A DNA stretch of 63,475 nucleotides, filler included, from Octopus bimaculoides (GCF_001194135.2; 7 parts of 7 records of this genome joined end to end with filler, not necessarily neighbours in it); one strand, 5' to 3'. Positions 1-12,457 are shown, counted from the first letter of the whole stretch. The notes: generated from the letters alone by a model not told the origin. Program-made: numbers and translations.

Positions 1-940
1 CATACAGAAGCAAATTCACATACGCTTTCAAAGTCAGACTAGTCTTGAGATGCTAATCCCAAACTTGATTTCGTAAGAACCACATGTGAGCAGTCGTTAT
101 ATTCAAACAGCACTTTCCTTGCAGGAAAGATCTTTCGTGCGCGCATGCGCGCATGTTTGTGTTTTGTTTTGCTTCGTTCCGTTTTGTTTTGTTGTTTTTT
201 TGTTTTTTTTTTTAAAAAAAAAATCGCTCTTCCTCCTTATATTTTGTTCATTGTTGAAGTTTTGGTATTGTACTTTTAAAAAAGCTGTATTTCTTTTCTT
301 AACTCGCAGTTATATTATTGTTCCAGTTATCGCTGTTATTTTTATCAATGTTTTGTTTTGCTGTCTGTAGTTACATCCCTTCCCAGACTTAGTGGAAATC
401 CAGACACTTTTAACTTCACCTTTCGTCTTTACTGTGGCTATACAATAAGCAACATACAAGTAGTGAGATGTCGAAATATCAAATATAACTCATAATTCTA
501 GACTGGTGTCTGTTTCAGATACATATATTGTTTTCGTTGTGCCCCTCCTCAGCAAGAGGAAGACAGCCCTCACATGTTCAGTGATAGCTATTAATATATA
601 TGCAGGCATCGTACACCATGTTGACAAAATAAAGTGGCCTCTCGACTGAATCTTACGTTGACAACAGGTTCCAATGTCGGTCCACGGATATGCTCTTTTT
701 GCACATTACTTTATATTCAGCTGCCGGAAAAGTGTCTGCTTTTCAGATGAGGCACATCTCGAGCCCTATCCTCTTCACCATTACCACTGTAAGATTTCAA
801 CTCAGAACACATTGATCCTGAATTATACCATTCCCGAATGACTCTGTTACTTTGTCACTACTTGCCTATATAAGGACTAATACATACACACATACATACA
901 TAGGTACATGCATACATACACACATACATACACACATACA

Positions 941-2003
941 TAGAAGTTGCACGACTATACTGTAACGTATCACCAAATGAAAGGATGAACCTATATGAGC
1001 AGAACACTATGCATGGATATGTTAGTACAAAGCTCCATGATGATTGTAACATCGATCATCAAAGCAGTTTATCGTGGACCAATAGCTGGATTACTACGTC
1101 CAGCTTTGAAGGATATGCGTTTGCAATCCAGGAACAGGAAATATCAACCTCTTGCACAAAAGGGATAGAAACGCAAAAAAAGCCATAGAATGTGACAACC
1201 GATGCAGATTTGTGGAGTTCACACTTAAGATATCACTCACATCATAAGCAGTTGTCCGAAAATGTCATCTTGGCATTATCTACCGATGAGACATGACTTG
1301 TAGCTAGGACACTCTATAATGAAATCCGTTAAAAGAATAATCCCGAGGACAAAGAAATAAAACCCCACAATATAGTAGAAGTCATAGCCACTCATAATAA
1401 AAAGGAATTGTGGTGTAATGTACCAGTGAAGACCTCAATAAAATGTAAGCGCAAAAGACCTGATGTAATGATTTGGGATAGAGAAGAGAAACTGTGCACA
1501 GTTGTGGAAATTAGCTGCCCAGTGGATGTTAACTTAAAGCTAAAGATCACGGGAAAAGAGAGCACCTATGCTGAACTATTGACAAATCTGAGGTTACTCT
1601 ATCCAGATTACAAGTTCAGGTTTATACCTGTAATTATTAGGGCCCTGGGATTTGTAACACACTGCTTAAATACCAATCTTGAGAAATTAGGCTTCTCAAA
1701 ACCAGAAAGGAGAAAGCTAATTCGAAGACTACAGATCCAATCCATCACTGGAACTGTAAAAATCTTTTAAAAATTTCCAGAAGTTTATAATTTAAATATA
1801 TATGAGCATGTCTAGATATGGAAGTATTTGCATGAGAATACATACATAAAACATACAAATCTGCACATGCATACATACATACATACATGCATACATACCC
1901 TGTTGTTGATGTTGAAATTTCAATGAAGAAACCTTGGATCTAGGTTAGAAACCGGTTCTTTCTCTGTTGGCAAGACATCTGGAAATAAACTGAATGATGA
2001 CTG
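941..2003 (+). mobile_element. 5'-truncated, degenerate RLE-type non-LTR retrotransposon (HERO/NeSL-like): ORF C-terminus plus 3' UTR
   Basis: Translation across stops and frameshifts gives TMHGY, EGYAFAIQEQEI, the CCHC knuckle CRF/CGVHT*DITHIISSC, RHD, then RPDVMIWD..VEISCP (PD..E/D-x-K nuclease) and FIPVIIRALG. The ORF ends at 1770. (CATA)n flanks both ends. Confidence 0.88.
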
Positions 2004-2069
2004 ACATACATACATACAAACATACATACATACACACATACACACATACATACATACATACATACATAC
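1838..2069. repeat. (CATA)n/(CATACA)n microsatellite tracts (also 884-941)
   Basis: Directly visible tandem CATA units at 884-941, 1838-1897 and 2005-2069. Confidence 0.95.
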
Positions 2070-2684
2070 GTATATTGTTATTGTTCGGTGAGCTGGTAAG
2101 ATGGTTAGCACACCGGGCGAAATGCTTAACGTACCATCGCCAGACTGTTAAAAGACGCTCAACCGTGTCCCTCATTTATGGCTACTAGACGCACCACCTC
2201 TTGCCAAGGCCACAACATTTTATACTCAAGTTCATTAAAAAAATTGAACATAAATTTCTCAACACAGCTATTTATAAGAATTGAAACAACTCTTATGAGT
2301 CGCAAAGAGAATTATTTTCTGGGGTGAAATATTCGACAGTTTGTCTGTAACGCTTTTCATATTTCCAGTGAAACCCTTCTTAGACCTATAAAGAAATAAC
2401 TGCGCTATATGTTAGGATGAATAGAAAGAGCAAATGTAATGTCACCCACATATTTTTAACTAACGACTTGAAGCAATATTCAGGTTATATCCACGATATT
2501 GAAGACAATTTAACAGAGAAACATTTTCACAGAGAATAGAAATGGAGTTTGGTTATAGTAAGTAGTTAATTTTCCGTTGCTAACCGACTAAAGATTGTTC
2601 TCCAGTGACGAAGTGTACAAGTATCTTGAAGTATCTTTTGATTAATGATAATGAAGTAGTTGTATGCTGTCAACTTCATGTGAC

Positions 2685-2890
2685 AGTCCCCTGAAGGGAA
2701 TAATACTACTGTTGGCTAGACCTAGGAAGCTACACCGCTTCCTGTCGACCTCGAAATATTTCCTGTGTCCTTATGTTTACAAGGGGGAGACAAGCACCTC
2801 CACCCAGCTAAGCCTGCATCCAGAGACATGTTTCTGAGTCTTTGCTCGTCATCAGTCTGGAGTAGCATGACCTGCTAGTCGAAGATGCCT
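2685..2890 (-). mobile_element. Penelope-like element terminal repeat remnant
   Basis: Contains a minimal hammerhead motif typical of Penelope-like termini. Recognisably related to 58990-59195, where the order gtcc..gaaggg..actgtt..tgtgtcctta..cacc.agc..hammerhead..agtagc is shared. Confidence 0.6.
2819..2861 (-). ncRNA. Minimal type I hammerhead ribozyme
   Basis: Minus strand reads UCCAGA-CUGAUGA-C-GAG-caaaga-CUC-A-GAA-ACAUGU-C/UCUGGA. It has a perfect 6-bp stem I, an intact core, a 3-bp stem II, palindromic helix III (ACAUGU) and a GUC cleavage triplet. Confidence 0.8.
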
Positions 2891-3186
2891 GTCAAGCTCT
2901 TGTAAACATATAATAATTCTAGTGAAATACATTCGTTGATTTCAAATTTAGAAATTCTAAATCTCTCAGAGGTCTAACAAACAGTAGTATTATTCCATTC
3001 TAGGGACTGTCACATTAAGTTGACGGCATACAACTACTTCATCGTATCACTACTGCATAAATCTCTCTGAGAGATTTAGAAATCTATTATTTCTAAATTA
3101 ATGATAATGTTGCATGCTTTGATGAAATTAATAGGTCAATTTTGCAAGTCACAGATGGCCATATTCAAAAGGAGTTATAACCTTGT

Positions 3187-3517
3187 GGGAGTGCGTGGCT
3201 TAGTGGTTAGAGCATTCGGCTCACGCTGATAAAGTTATGAGTTCAATTCCCGGCGGCACGTTGTGTCCTCGAGCAAGACACTTTATTTCACGTTGCTCCA
3301 GCCCACTCACCTGGCACAAATGAGTTGTACCTGTATTTCAAAAAGGCCAGCTATGTCACATTCTGTGTCACACTGAAGTTCCCAGTGAACTCCGTTAAGG
3401 TTGCGCGTGTCTGTGGAGTGCTCAGCCGCCTGCATGTTAATTACACGAGCAAGCAGTTCTGTTGATCGGATCAACTAGAACCTTCGACGTCGTAACTGAC
3501 GGAGTACCAGTTACAAC
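3187..3517 (+). mobile_element. tRNA-derived SINE (family with cgtcgtaac/gcgacggagt 3' end)
   Basis: A-box TGGCTTAGTGG, B-box-like GAGTTCAATTCC and central gtgtcctcgagcaagacac. The 3' half is shared with 10928-11317 and 13741-14113. Confidence 0.85.
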
Positions 3518-3949
3518 CTGTAATATTTTTGCAGTAACAGTGCTAGCAACATCACTTGTGTTACTTCGATGTGAAAACTAAGATGTGAAAACTTCGATGT
3601 GAAAACTAAGAATGTACAAAACCCAACTTCTGTTTTACACATCAATAGTGACACTGTCAGGATTGAAAGCGATCGACCTTTCAGCATTGCATCATATCAT
3701 TCAGATGAAACTCTATAGTAGTGTAAAGGAAGAGATTTAGAATTGGCGAATAACATAAAATAGCACATCAAACTTACACCTGCCCTATGTGACGCAAGAA
3801 TACCTGGTCTTACATTCTTAAATAGAAGCTTAGAGAATAAACATTCACCGTATCAGCAGAATATTATGTATATGAACATATCTGCAAGCCAGAGAACAAC
3901 AATAATATTAATAAGAAACATAGGATTTCTAGACATTGATGTAGATTCA

Positions 3950-4031
3950 TGCATATATTAGTCGGCACAAGCATCCATGCATACATTAGTCGGCACAGGC
4001 ATTCATACATATATTAGTCGGCATTCATACA
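3950..4031. repeat. Short minisatellite, about 28-bp unit, about 3 copies
   Basis: Repeated catatattagtcggcacaagcattcat-like unit. Confidence 0.7.
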
Positions 4032-4384
4032 TAAAAAGAATAAATATATCAATTATGATATTTCTTTCTTGGGCTCGATAAAATATGGAACGGTAAGTGC
4101 TGGCATCGATTAAATCTAATACACGTTTTCCTCAAGGTATATGGTTTTGTAACTGAGCTGCAGATATAATTATTTAGAGTTTGATTTATAAGGGGAGCAA
4201 AGAAACGAATTTTAAAAATTATTCCTGCATTAACTCAGCTTTAATGTTAGAGTTATAAGGAAAGTTCTTTCACTCTGAAACCTGCTCAAAGTTTCTTTGC
4301 CATGAAAAGAACAAGTAGTTTTCCCCACATTATGTATAATTAAAATATTAATATAATTATTTAAAATTTTTACCACGGGTGCAG

Positions 4385-4800
4385 CTTGGGGGAGGTGGGG
4401 AGGAGTCGATTTCATTGACTCCAGTGTTCAAATGGTGCTTAATTTACCGACACCGTAAGGATGAAAGGCAAAGTTGACCTCGGCGGAATTTGAACTCATA
4501 GCGTAGCAACGGGCGAAATACGACTAAGCATCTCACCCGGCGTGCTAATGAGTTTGCCGGCTCGCCGCTCTAATATTCATTGATATAATTCTTTCTACTG
4601 TTGGCACAAGGCCTGAAATTTTATGGAGGGGCTAGCTGATTACATCGACCTCAGTACTCAACTGGTACTTATTACCCTGACCCCGAAAGGATGAAAGGCA
4701 AAGCCGACCTCAGTGGAATTTGAACTTAGAACATAGCAACGGGCGAAATACCGCTCAACATTTCGTCTAGTGTGCTAACGATTCTGCCAGCTCGCCGCCT
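4385..4800 (-). mobile_element. Two tandem tRNA-derived SINE copies (gctggcagaatcgttagc.. family)
   Basis: Both contain aaggatgaaaggcaaag.cgacctc.g.ggaatttgaact and end in ctcgccgc, the reverse complement of the head seen at 6877. Confidence 0.85.
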
Positions 4801-4831
4801 TAATATTAACTAATATAATGCTATACAAGTG

Positions 4832-5168
4832 AAGGCGCATGGCTCATTGGTTAGAGCATCGAGCTTACGATTGTGAGGTTGTGACCTCGAATCCCAGACC
4901 AGGCTGCGTGTTGTGTTCTTGAGCAAGACTCTTTATTTCACATTGCTCCAGTTCACTCAGCTGTAGAAATGAGTTGCGACGTCACAGGTGCCAAGCTGTA
5001 TCGGCCCCTTTGCCTTTCCCTTGGATAACATCAGTGGTGTGGAGAGGGGAGGCCGGTATGCATGGGTGACTGCTGGTCTTCCATAAACAACCTTGCCCGG
5101 ACTTGTGCCTGGGAGGGTAACTTTTTAGGTGTAATGCCGTGGTCAGTCATGGCCGAAGGGGGTCTCAG
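4832..5168 (+). mobile_element. tRNA-derived SINE
   Basis: A-box TGGCTCATTGG, B-box-like CTCGAATCC, central ttgtgttcttgagcaagac..ttgctccagttcactcagctgta. Confidence 0.8.
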
Positions 5169-5269
5169 CAGCAGCTATGCAAACTACATAGATTTTTTTC
5201 TAAATTCGGTACGAGGCCAAACATTTTCAGTTGGTGTATATCGATTACATAAACCTCAGAATTCAACTA

Positions 5270-5597
5270 GTATCTATTTTATCGACCCTGAAAGAATGAA
5301 AGTTGGCTTTGTGAGTGGATCTAGTAGACGGAAACTGAAAGAAGCCTGTCGTGTACATATATATGTATATGTATTTATGTGTGTGTGTATTTGTGTCTGT
5401 GTTTGTTCCCCCCACCACCACCACCACTTGTCAACCGATATTGGTGTACTTATGTGTCCGTAACGAAGCGGTTCGGCAAAAGTCACCGATAGAGTAAGTA
5501 CCAGGCTTACAAAGAATAAATCCTGGGGTCGATTTGTTCGACTAAAGGTGGTGCTCAAGCATGGCCGCCGTCAGATGACTGAAAGGTGTAAAAGAGT
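5270..5597 (+). mobile_element. SINE fragment(s) of the internal-microsatellite family
   Basis: ttgtgagtggat..agacggaaactgaaagaagcc, then (TA/TG)n, then cttacaaagaataaatcctggggtcgat..agcatggcc..atgactgaaa. Confidence 0.8.
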
Positions 5598-5673
5598 TAG
5601 TTGAAACATATATGTTCGTATTAAATTAAGCATATAATGATATATAATGATATATATATATATATATATATAT

Positions 5674-5998
5674 GGATCTTTTTTAAAACGGGGGCCACAT
5701 TTTTCATTAACGAAACACTTTGAAACTTGGATCACTGGTAGAATGTGTCATATAAAACATCTTTTTCTCTTAGTCTTCTTAAAAAAAAAAAGAAATCCAT
5801 AAATTATTCCATGTTAAAGTTGTCGTATTTCTGTAATTTCAACCAATCACTGACGTCCATTCAGCCGATATACATTAAGTGCCGACTACATAAACAAACG
5901 ATTCTGAAACAATTAACCCTAACCCTAAGCCTAACTCTAACCCTAACCCTAACCCTAGGGTTAGAGTTAGGGTTAGGGTTAGGGTTAGGGTTAGGGTT
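5674..5998 (+). mobile_element. Partial copy of GGATC-TIR MITE with internal telomeric palindrome, inserted in (TA)n
   Basis: Starts GGATCTTTTTTAAAACGGGGGCCACA and is nearly identical to 52528-52765. Followed by (CCCTAA)n(TTAGGG)n running into an N gap. The other end is not seen after the gap. Confidence 0.85.
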
Positions 5999-6876
5999 NN
6001 NNNNNNNNNNNNNNNNNNNNNNNNNNNNNNNNNNNNNNNNNNNNNNNNNNNNNNNNNNNNNNNNNNNNNNNNNNNNNNNNNNNNNNNNNNNNNNCCTAGA
6101 AATGTTTTGAATTTAAAGCATCGCATTACTATTCATTGCTCTAGATACTTGCTTGTCTATCGATTTCATAGATAGTACCTAAAAGTGTTGCCATTTTGAA
6201 GAGATAAAAAGGGGTTCATCTTAATTAACTGAACAGTCTATTTTCTATAAATGAGGGTGAGATTGAATATCTGATTCAGTTGAATGGACCTATATAAAAG
6301 TATGACTAGATCGGAGCGCAGAAGGAGAAAAAGACATGCCCTTGAGCTAATTCAATTTTTTTCCCTGTCTTTTTTTAAAATTCGTTTAAAACACCCACTG
6401 TTTTGCAATTCGTAAATATAATGCTCCACATCCGCCACCCTTATCGCAATGCTGATGTAATTATTAAAATGTAAGGCAAAATACACCGCAGTGTTTCCGG
6501 CTTTTTACGTTTTGAGTACAAAACAGCGTGGAGGACATCTTTGTTCTCCATGTTTTCAGTTTCGAAACGAACTGTGCAATAATAACCCACTGGCATCGAT
6601 GGTATCGTGGTTACATATTCCCCTCCTCATCCCCAAAATTGCCGGCCTTGTGACTGAATTATAAACATTTATCGACGGTGGGTTGAGGGAAATTTATTGG
6701 CAGAATTATTACTGTGTTGGTAAAAAGCTTGGTGGTGTCTCTTGCGATTTTTCACATTCTGACTTGAAATTCTTCCGTAGTCAGCCTTGATTATCATCCT
6801 TCCTGGTCGGCAAAATAAAACTCCAAACAAATAGGGTTTGGGGAAAATTTATTGGCAGAATTATTATAGTGTTGGT

Positions 6877-7117
6877 GAGCTGGCAGAAACGTAGCCATGC
6901 CGGGAGAAATGCTTAGCGGTATTTCGTCTGCCGTTACGTTCTGAGTTCAAATTCCGCCGAGGTCGACTTTGCCTTTCATCCTTTCGGGTTCGATAAATAA
7001 AGTACCCGGAAGGGATGAAAGGCTAAGTCGACCTCGGCGGAATTTGAACTCAGAACATAACGGCAGACGAAATACCGTTAACCATTTCGCCCGGTGTGCT
7101 AACCTTTCTGCCAGCTC
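6877..7117. mobile_element. Two SINE copies joined tail-to-tail as an inverted repeat
   Basis: 6877-6988 is the near reverse complement of 7005-7117, with a 16-nt spacer. Confidence 0.9.
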
Positions 7118-7172
7118 GCGGCCCTATCTATCGTTCTACCTACCTACCTACCTACCTACCTACCAACCTATT

Positions 7173-7229
<57 letters not shown>

Positions 7230-8205
7230 TTATCTATCTATTTATCTTCTTTATGGCTTGTACTTTTTTTTTTACTCCACTGTATAATTTTCATGTTGCG
7301 TTCTCTCCGTCTCTCCATTTTAAAAAGAAAGTATATCGTTCTGTAATTTTCTATCTACTCTACATTTTTCTCCTCCGTTCTTTCCTGTACTTTCCTTCCC
7401 CCACTCTATGTCTCTGTCCCTCAATTTATTAGCTTCACTCTCCCTTTACTACAAATTTCAACATTCTCTCAACAAAGTATGCAACTCCAGTTCTGCCATA
7501 TCACATTGCTTATTTGATATTTGGAAACGGCAAAAGTTGACACATTCACACACACACACACAACATAGCCCCACATACAACTATACATATAACACCAACA
7601 CACGCAAAATACACTAGCATATATATATATATATATATGTGTACATAACGAAATCTACATGCAAAGTACTTGGAGTGTATACAACACACCCACGCAAACA
7701 TTTGCACGCATACATACCACACATACATAATGAAACAGAAAACATGTAACAAAACGGAAACTTTCAATGGCAGTGGGTGGGTGTATATATATATATATAT
7801 ATATACGTACATACATAAATACATAAGCATATCATAAACATATGTATTTATATATATAATACAGGCATATATATTAAGATATATATGTGTGTGTATACAT
7901 GAATGGAAGCGTAGTAGGGTGTACATGCGTAAACATCATTGACAAAACAGTCGGCACATACTCTTATATCAATGGTAATCCGGTTGGCGTACATGCTTGT
8001 ATATATATATATCAATTACAAATTAGTTGTGTAATAATATTGATGGTAAAACAGAGTATATATATATATATGTAACATATATANNNNNNNNNNNNNNNNN
8101 NNNNNNNNNNNNNNNNNNNNNNNNNNNNNNNNNNNNNNNNNNNNNNNNNNNNNNNNNNNNNNNNNNNNNNNNNNNNNNNNNNNNNNNNNNNNNNNNNNNN
8201 NNNNN

Positions 8206-8245
<40 letters not shown>

Positions 8246-8323
8246 TAATGTAAGTACATACAGCTAACTGTAGCAGAGATGGTAATAAGTGTACACCCAT
8301 ACGCACATATTTACACACCACCT

Positions 8324-8354
<31 letters not shown>

Positions 8355-8380
8355 TACCCAACATATATATTATATATACT

Positions 8381-8431
<51 letters not shown>

Positions 8432-8438
8432 ACACACG

Positions 8439-8480
<42 letters not shown>

Positions 8481-9179
8481 GATATATTCATATATTTAAC
8501 ATGCACACACATATGTTTACAGGCAAACATATAACTATATTAATAAAATATCCATATGCCAGTCTACACTTGAAGATCTTCGTGTTTCATAAGTTACCTA
8601 CTCAATCATCAGTGTTGCGGCAGAAATTTTAATATTGAAGATATCTAATTCTATGTTCCATGACAGTGTTCAGTGTTTTCTCGCGAAAGAAACATCGATC
8701 GTTAAAACAAGTGGAACCATCAAAAATACGCTTAATTTATGTACATTCATGATACGTTTATATTCAGATATAAATGGATTCCCATTGAACCTAATCTACT
8801 TCGTTGAGAAGGTACTAAATAAATTAAAATTTTTAACTGTTCGAATATTTCACAACATCTAATTAAAAATCTAGTCACTTGTTATTGAGGCAAATCTTAA
8901 TCCACTGGCAATCATACTCCGATATATATATATATATATAAGACATATTTTTCACCATCCATTTGTTCGTTTGAATTTTGGTTGACGCAGACTTCCAAAT
9001 TGAGTGCTAGTGAAAACTGGATATCTATAATTACAAAACTTCTCTCCCGCCACTGATGATTATGTATGTAACACATGATACTTTGTAATCTCAAAGTCTG
9101 GAGATTGTACTGATATATACTGTTTTATTTGTAATTATTGAGTGTGTTGTTGCCGTTAACACGTGCCTTAATTAGTCTA

Positions 9180-9980
9180 AGCTCATTAATTTGCTATACT
9201 GCATTTGAAATGGGAAGCATATTTCTAATAATACTCATTTCCGTAGAGTCCGACATCATGTCAGTGGCGTCGTCTGCATATACTGACACGCCTCTGCTGT
9301 GATCTAGTTCTTGTGGAATACACTTCAAACGCTCCAGCCCTCGCAGCAAATGTTCAAATGCGAAAGCATATAAAGATAGAGAAAGGGGCCATCACTGGCG
9401 GACTGAGTGTTCAATACTGAAAGGTTCCGAGAAGCGAACATTTAGTTTGACCACAAAGCACATATACTGTGCTGACCAGCCTCCGAAAATGAGGTGATAA
9501 TTATATCTCTTAGAATAGAGACCAGATAGCGACAGTCGAACCTGTCAAATGTCATGGACGGGTCTAAATTAACAACTGCCCATCCGAATCCAGATCGATT
9601 CCCGAGCCTTTCTACGATGTGCCGCATGAGGTGGCGGCTGCCGACGATAGACCCTCCGAAGAACGCATTAGTTTGCATGACTATCGACAACAAGCGCCAG
9701 TCTCTTGCCGAACAACTTAGTCTTTAATTCAGTGATAAGAAGAACTGTCGGGTCCTTAAAAAGCAGAGCCACTACTTCGAAGATCACACCATTGGGAATG
9801 TGCCCAGTCAACTAACAAGCGTAGTAGATGGCTGTCAAAACAAGAGCAAACATGTCAGACAAGTGGAAATATAGTTCATAGGGCCGATCATCCAATTATT
9901 GTGATTTGCGTCGAACGCAGCAGTTCAGAGCGAGGATAGGCGGAAAAGTTCATAGACTGACTATGAAGAAGGGACGCTAA
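9180..9980 (-). mobile_element. Degenerate L1/Tx1-clade LINE reverse transcriptase fragment
   Basis: Minus-strand translation gives QTNAFFGGSI..LDPSMTFDRFD (for LD..KAFDRV), EPFSIEHSVRQ*WPLS (for GVRQGCPLSP) and VSVYADD at 9269-9280. Confidence 0.8.
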
Positions 9981-10069
9981 GGGGGTGAAATCTTGCATAC
10001 ATTAATATCAACTCTTGCTAATAATAACTGCATTGTTTCATTTCAGGTAAATTCACATCTAACTGTTCA

Positions 10070-10650
10070 AAGAAGACATCAAATGTAAATAGTAGGACTT
10101 ATCTTGTAAATGAACACAATTTGATATCGCGATTTTATCAAGTGTCGGCAGAAAAAGGGTTTAGCCCTCAACAACATTAATTCTGACATGGTTGCCATAT
10201 TAACCGATGATGCTTCAGCTCTATTAAGAGTGCAAAAGTGAATTCAGGGGTCGAAAGCAGAAATTTGAAGAAAACACAAGGTCTGGACGTACTGAAACTG
10301 CCATCACCAAGGGAAACGTTGATCGTATTCACCATATGATGATGGATGACGAGCGATTGACTATAAATAAAAAAAAAACAATGCTACTAGCATATCTCGG
10401 GAGAAAGTTGAGACTATTTTGCAGAATGAACTTTGTATGACGAAAGTTTCTGCTTGTGAGTTGCAACGTCTTGTGACACCTGACCAAAATCAAACGAGAT
10501 TGATCACAGCACAAGAAAATCGTACGTTGCTTGAGGCAGATCCAGTTTGGTTTCCTTGAGCGTTTCCTAGCCCAGGATGAGTATTGGTTTCATCATTTCG
10601 AGCCAGAGGCAAAGAGACTATCCATGCTGTGGAAACAGCCCTCGGTAACG
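10070..10650 (+). mobile_element. Degenerate mariner transposase fragment
   Basis: RSGR..TA.T..NVDRIHHMMMDDERLT, KVSA..LQRLVTPDQ (decayed WVPR motif) and FLAQDEYWFHHFEPE (first catalytic Asp region). Confidence 0.85.
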
Positions 10651-10927
10651 ATTCTGGAAGCTCGCCATCTTACGATTTAAATTTAATTTTTCAAAGCAGA
10701 AATATTTACGCGAAAGTCATTAAGGGGAAATAAAACATGAAATGCAACTGTTTGCTAAGCCCCGTTATGACACCACACATACCTATTCGACTCTAATGCA
10801 AGTATTGTGGCCTCGTGCACACAAGAACCAATTATTTGTATGTTGAATAGGTTGGTGTAGATAAACACTTAATCCTTCAGAGCAGAGTTGCTCCAGTTCG
10901 TTATTTTATACTCCTATTATTTGTACT

Positions 10928-11317
10928 GTGGATGCGCAATGGTCCAGAGGTTAGGGCAGCGGACTCGCGGTCATAGGATCACGGTTTCGATTCCCAGACC
11001 GGGCGTTGTGAGTGTTTATTGAGCGAAAACACCTAAAAAGCTCCACGAGGCTCCAGCAGGGGATGGTGGCGAACCCTGCTGTACTCTTTCACCACAACTT
11101 TCTCTCACTCTTACTTCCTGTTTCTGTTGTGCCTGTATTTCAAAGGGGACCAGCCTTGTCACACTGTGTCACGCTGAATATCCCCGAGAACTACGTTAAG
11201 GGTACACGTGTCTGTGGAGTGCTCAGCCACTTGCACGTTAATTTCACGAGCAGGCTGTTCCGTTGATCGGATCAAGTGGAACCCTCGACGTCGTAAGCGA
11301 CGGAGTGCCAACAACAA
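10928..11317 (+). mobile_element. Full-length tRNA-derived SINE
   Basis: A-box TGGTCCAGAGG, B-box GGTTTCGATTCC, (CAA)n tail. An inverted near-identical copy lies at 13741-14113. Confidence 0.9.
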
Positions 11318-11882
11318 AATTATTTGTACTAAGAACCTGTAACTTATTTCTTTGCTGTGTTACAAACTCAACTGCACCTCTGTTATCATTTATCTCACCG
11401 TAGATACGCGATTTTATCTATTGGTGGTCGGTCTGAATTTCGAAGGACGTTGAATCTCACTTCTTCACCTGCCTAATAATTCTTAGGTGTCATTGCCCTT
11501 TGTGCAACAGCTGTTGTTGATATTTTCATTTTGTAGATGTTGTTTAGTCCCAGGCAATTTAAACAAAATGAAATCCCCGCCAAAACTATGGCGCGCGTTA
11601 CCGATCTGTAGCATTACGTTATCCAATATGTCCTCTCTTTATTTGTTACGTCAAAATGCGATTTGTAGACGATTTGATGGTGTCTTTTAATAAGGTCAAT
11701 CAGCCACGTAAAGGCTTACCCTTCGGCACGTTTTGCTATCAGCAGAGGTGAAACATGGTGGATGTAGCATTGCATGGGTCTGATACTTATTGTTAAGCGT
11801 GATTAAATGAATATTCTCCAGTCACAATCTGACAGATGCCAATTTATTCAATGCAAATTTGATGCTTTTTCTGACCTTACAG

Positions 11883-11961
11883 AAATGGCCTCTGCGTTGG
11901 TATGCGGTGCTGCACCTGCGATCTGTATTCAATTACCATGAATGGGTATTGCAGGTGGTGA
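11883..11961 (+). CDS. Candidate terminal exon of a small Cys-rich (knottin-like) peptide
   Basis: Strong acceptor atgctttttctgaccttacAG, then xNGLCVGMRCCTCDLYSITMNGYCRW*. No upstream exon was identified, and another open frame is possible. Confidence 0.25.
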
Positions 11962-12259
11962 TGGTTAAGATTTGTATACGAAGGGAGAGATATATATTTC
12001 CTGAGCAAACAAAAATTAAAAAAGGAAATAGAAAATATAAATAACATGGCGGTTAAATTATATTATGGGAGAAAGAAAATAAAGCAAGCGTTTACTACTG
12101 AAAACTATTTCGGGGAAAAATGAAATGATAATTGGTGATGAAGGCGGGAAATTGGAAAGAAACTTTTACTAATTATGAAGAATAATGCAAATCAAAAACG
12201 AGGCTAATAAGAAAGTTAGAGTGGATGTGTTAAACGATAAAAGCTGAAAGAATATTAAA

Positions 12260-12425
12260 GGAGTGGCTGTGTGGAGCAACGCCTTTAGCCGAACAAATCG
12301 ATCCTAGGACAAATTCCCTGTTAGCCTAGTACTTATTCTAACGGTTTCTTTTGCCGAACCACTCGGGTACTCGGACGCAGACAGACCGACACCATTTGTC
12401 AAGTGATGGTAGCGGACAAACACAT

Positions 12426-12457
<32 letters not shown>

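Noticed and set aside
730-800. CFSDEAH resembling a Tc1/mariner catalytic motif, or a 42-nt exon (ttttcAG..GTAAG)
   Set aside because: The flanking residues do not extend the match, and no partner exon or TIR was found.
5915-5998. Telomere or ancient chromosome fusion site
   Set aside because: The repeats lie inside a MITE at the same position in three copies, and the orientation is CCCTAA then TTAGGG, opposite to an end-to-end fusion.
6289-6300. TATATAAAAG TATA-box-like site
   Set aside because: Expected by chance in AT-rich DNA, and no downstream gene evidence.
10928-11005. tRNA gene (and similar heads at 3187, 4832, 35100, 44910)
   Set aside because: A/B boxes continue into SINE bodies and no complete cloverleaf is present.
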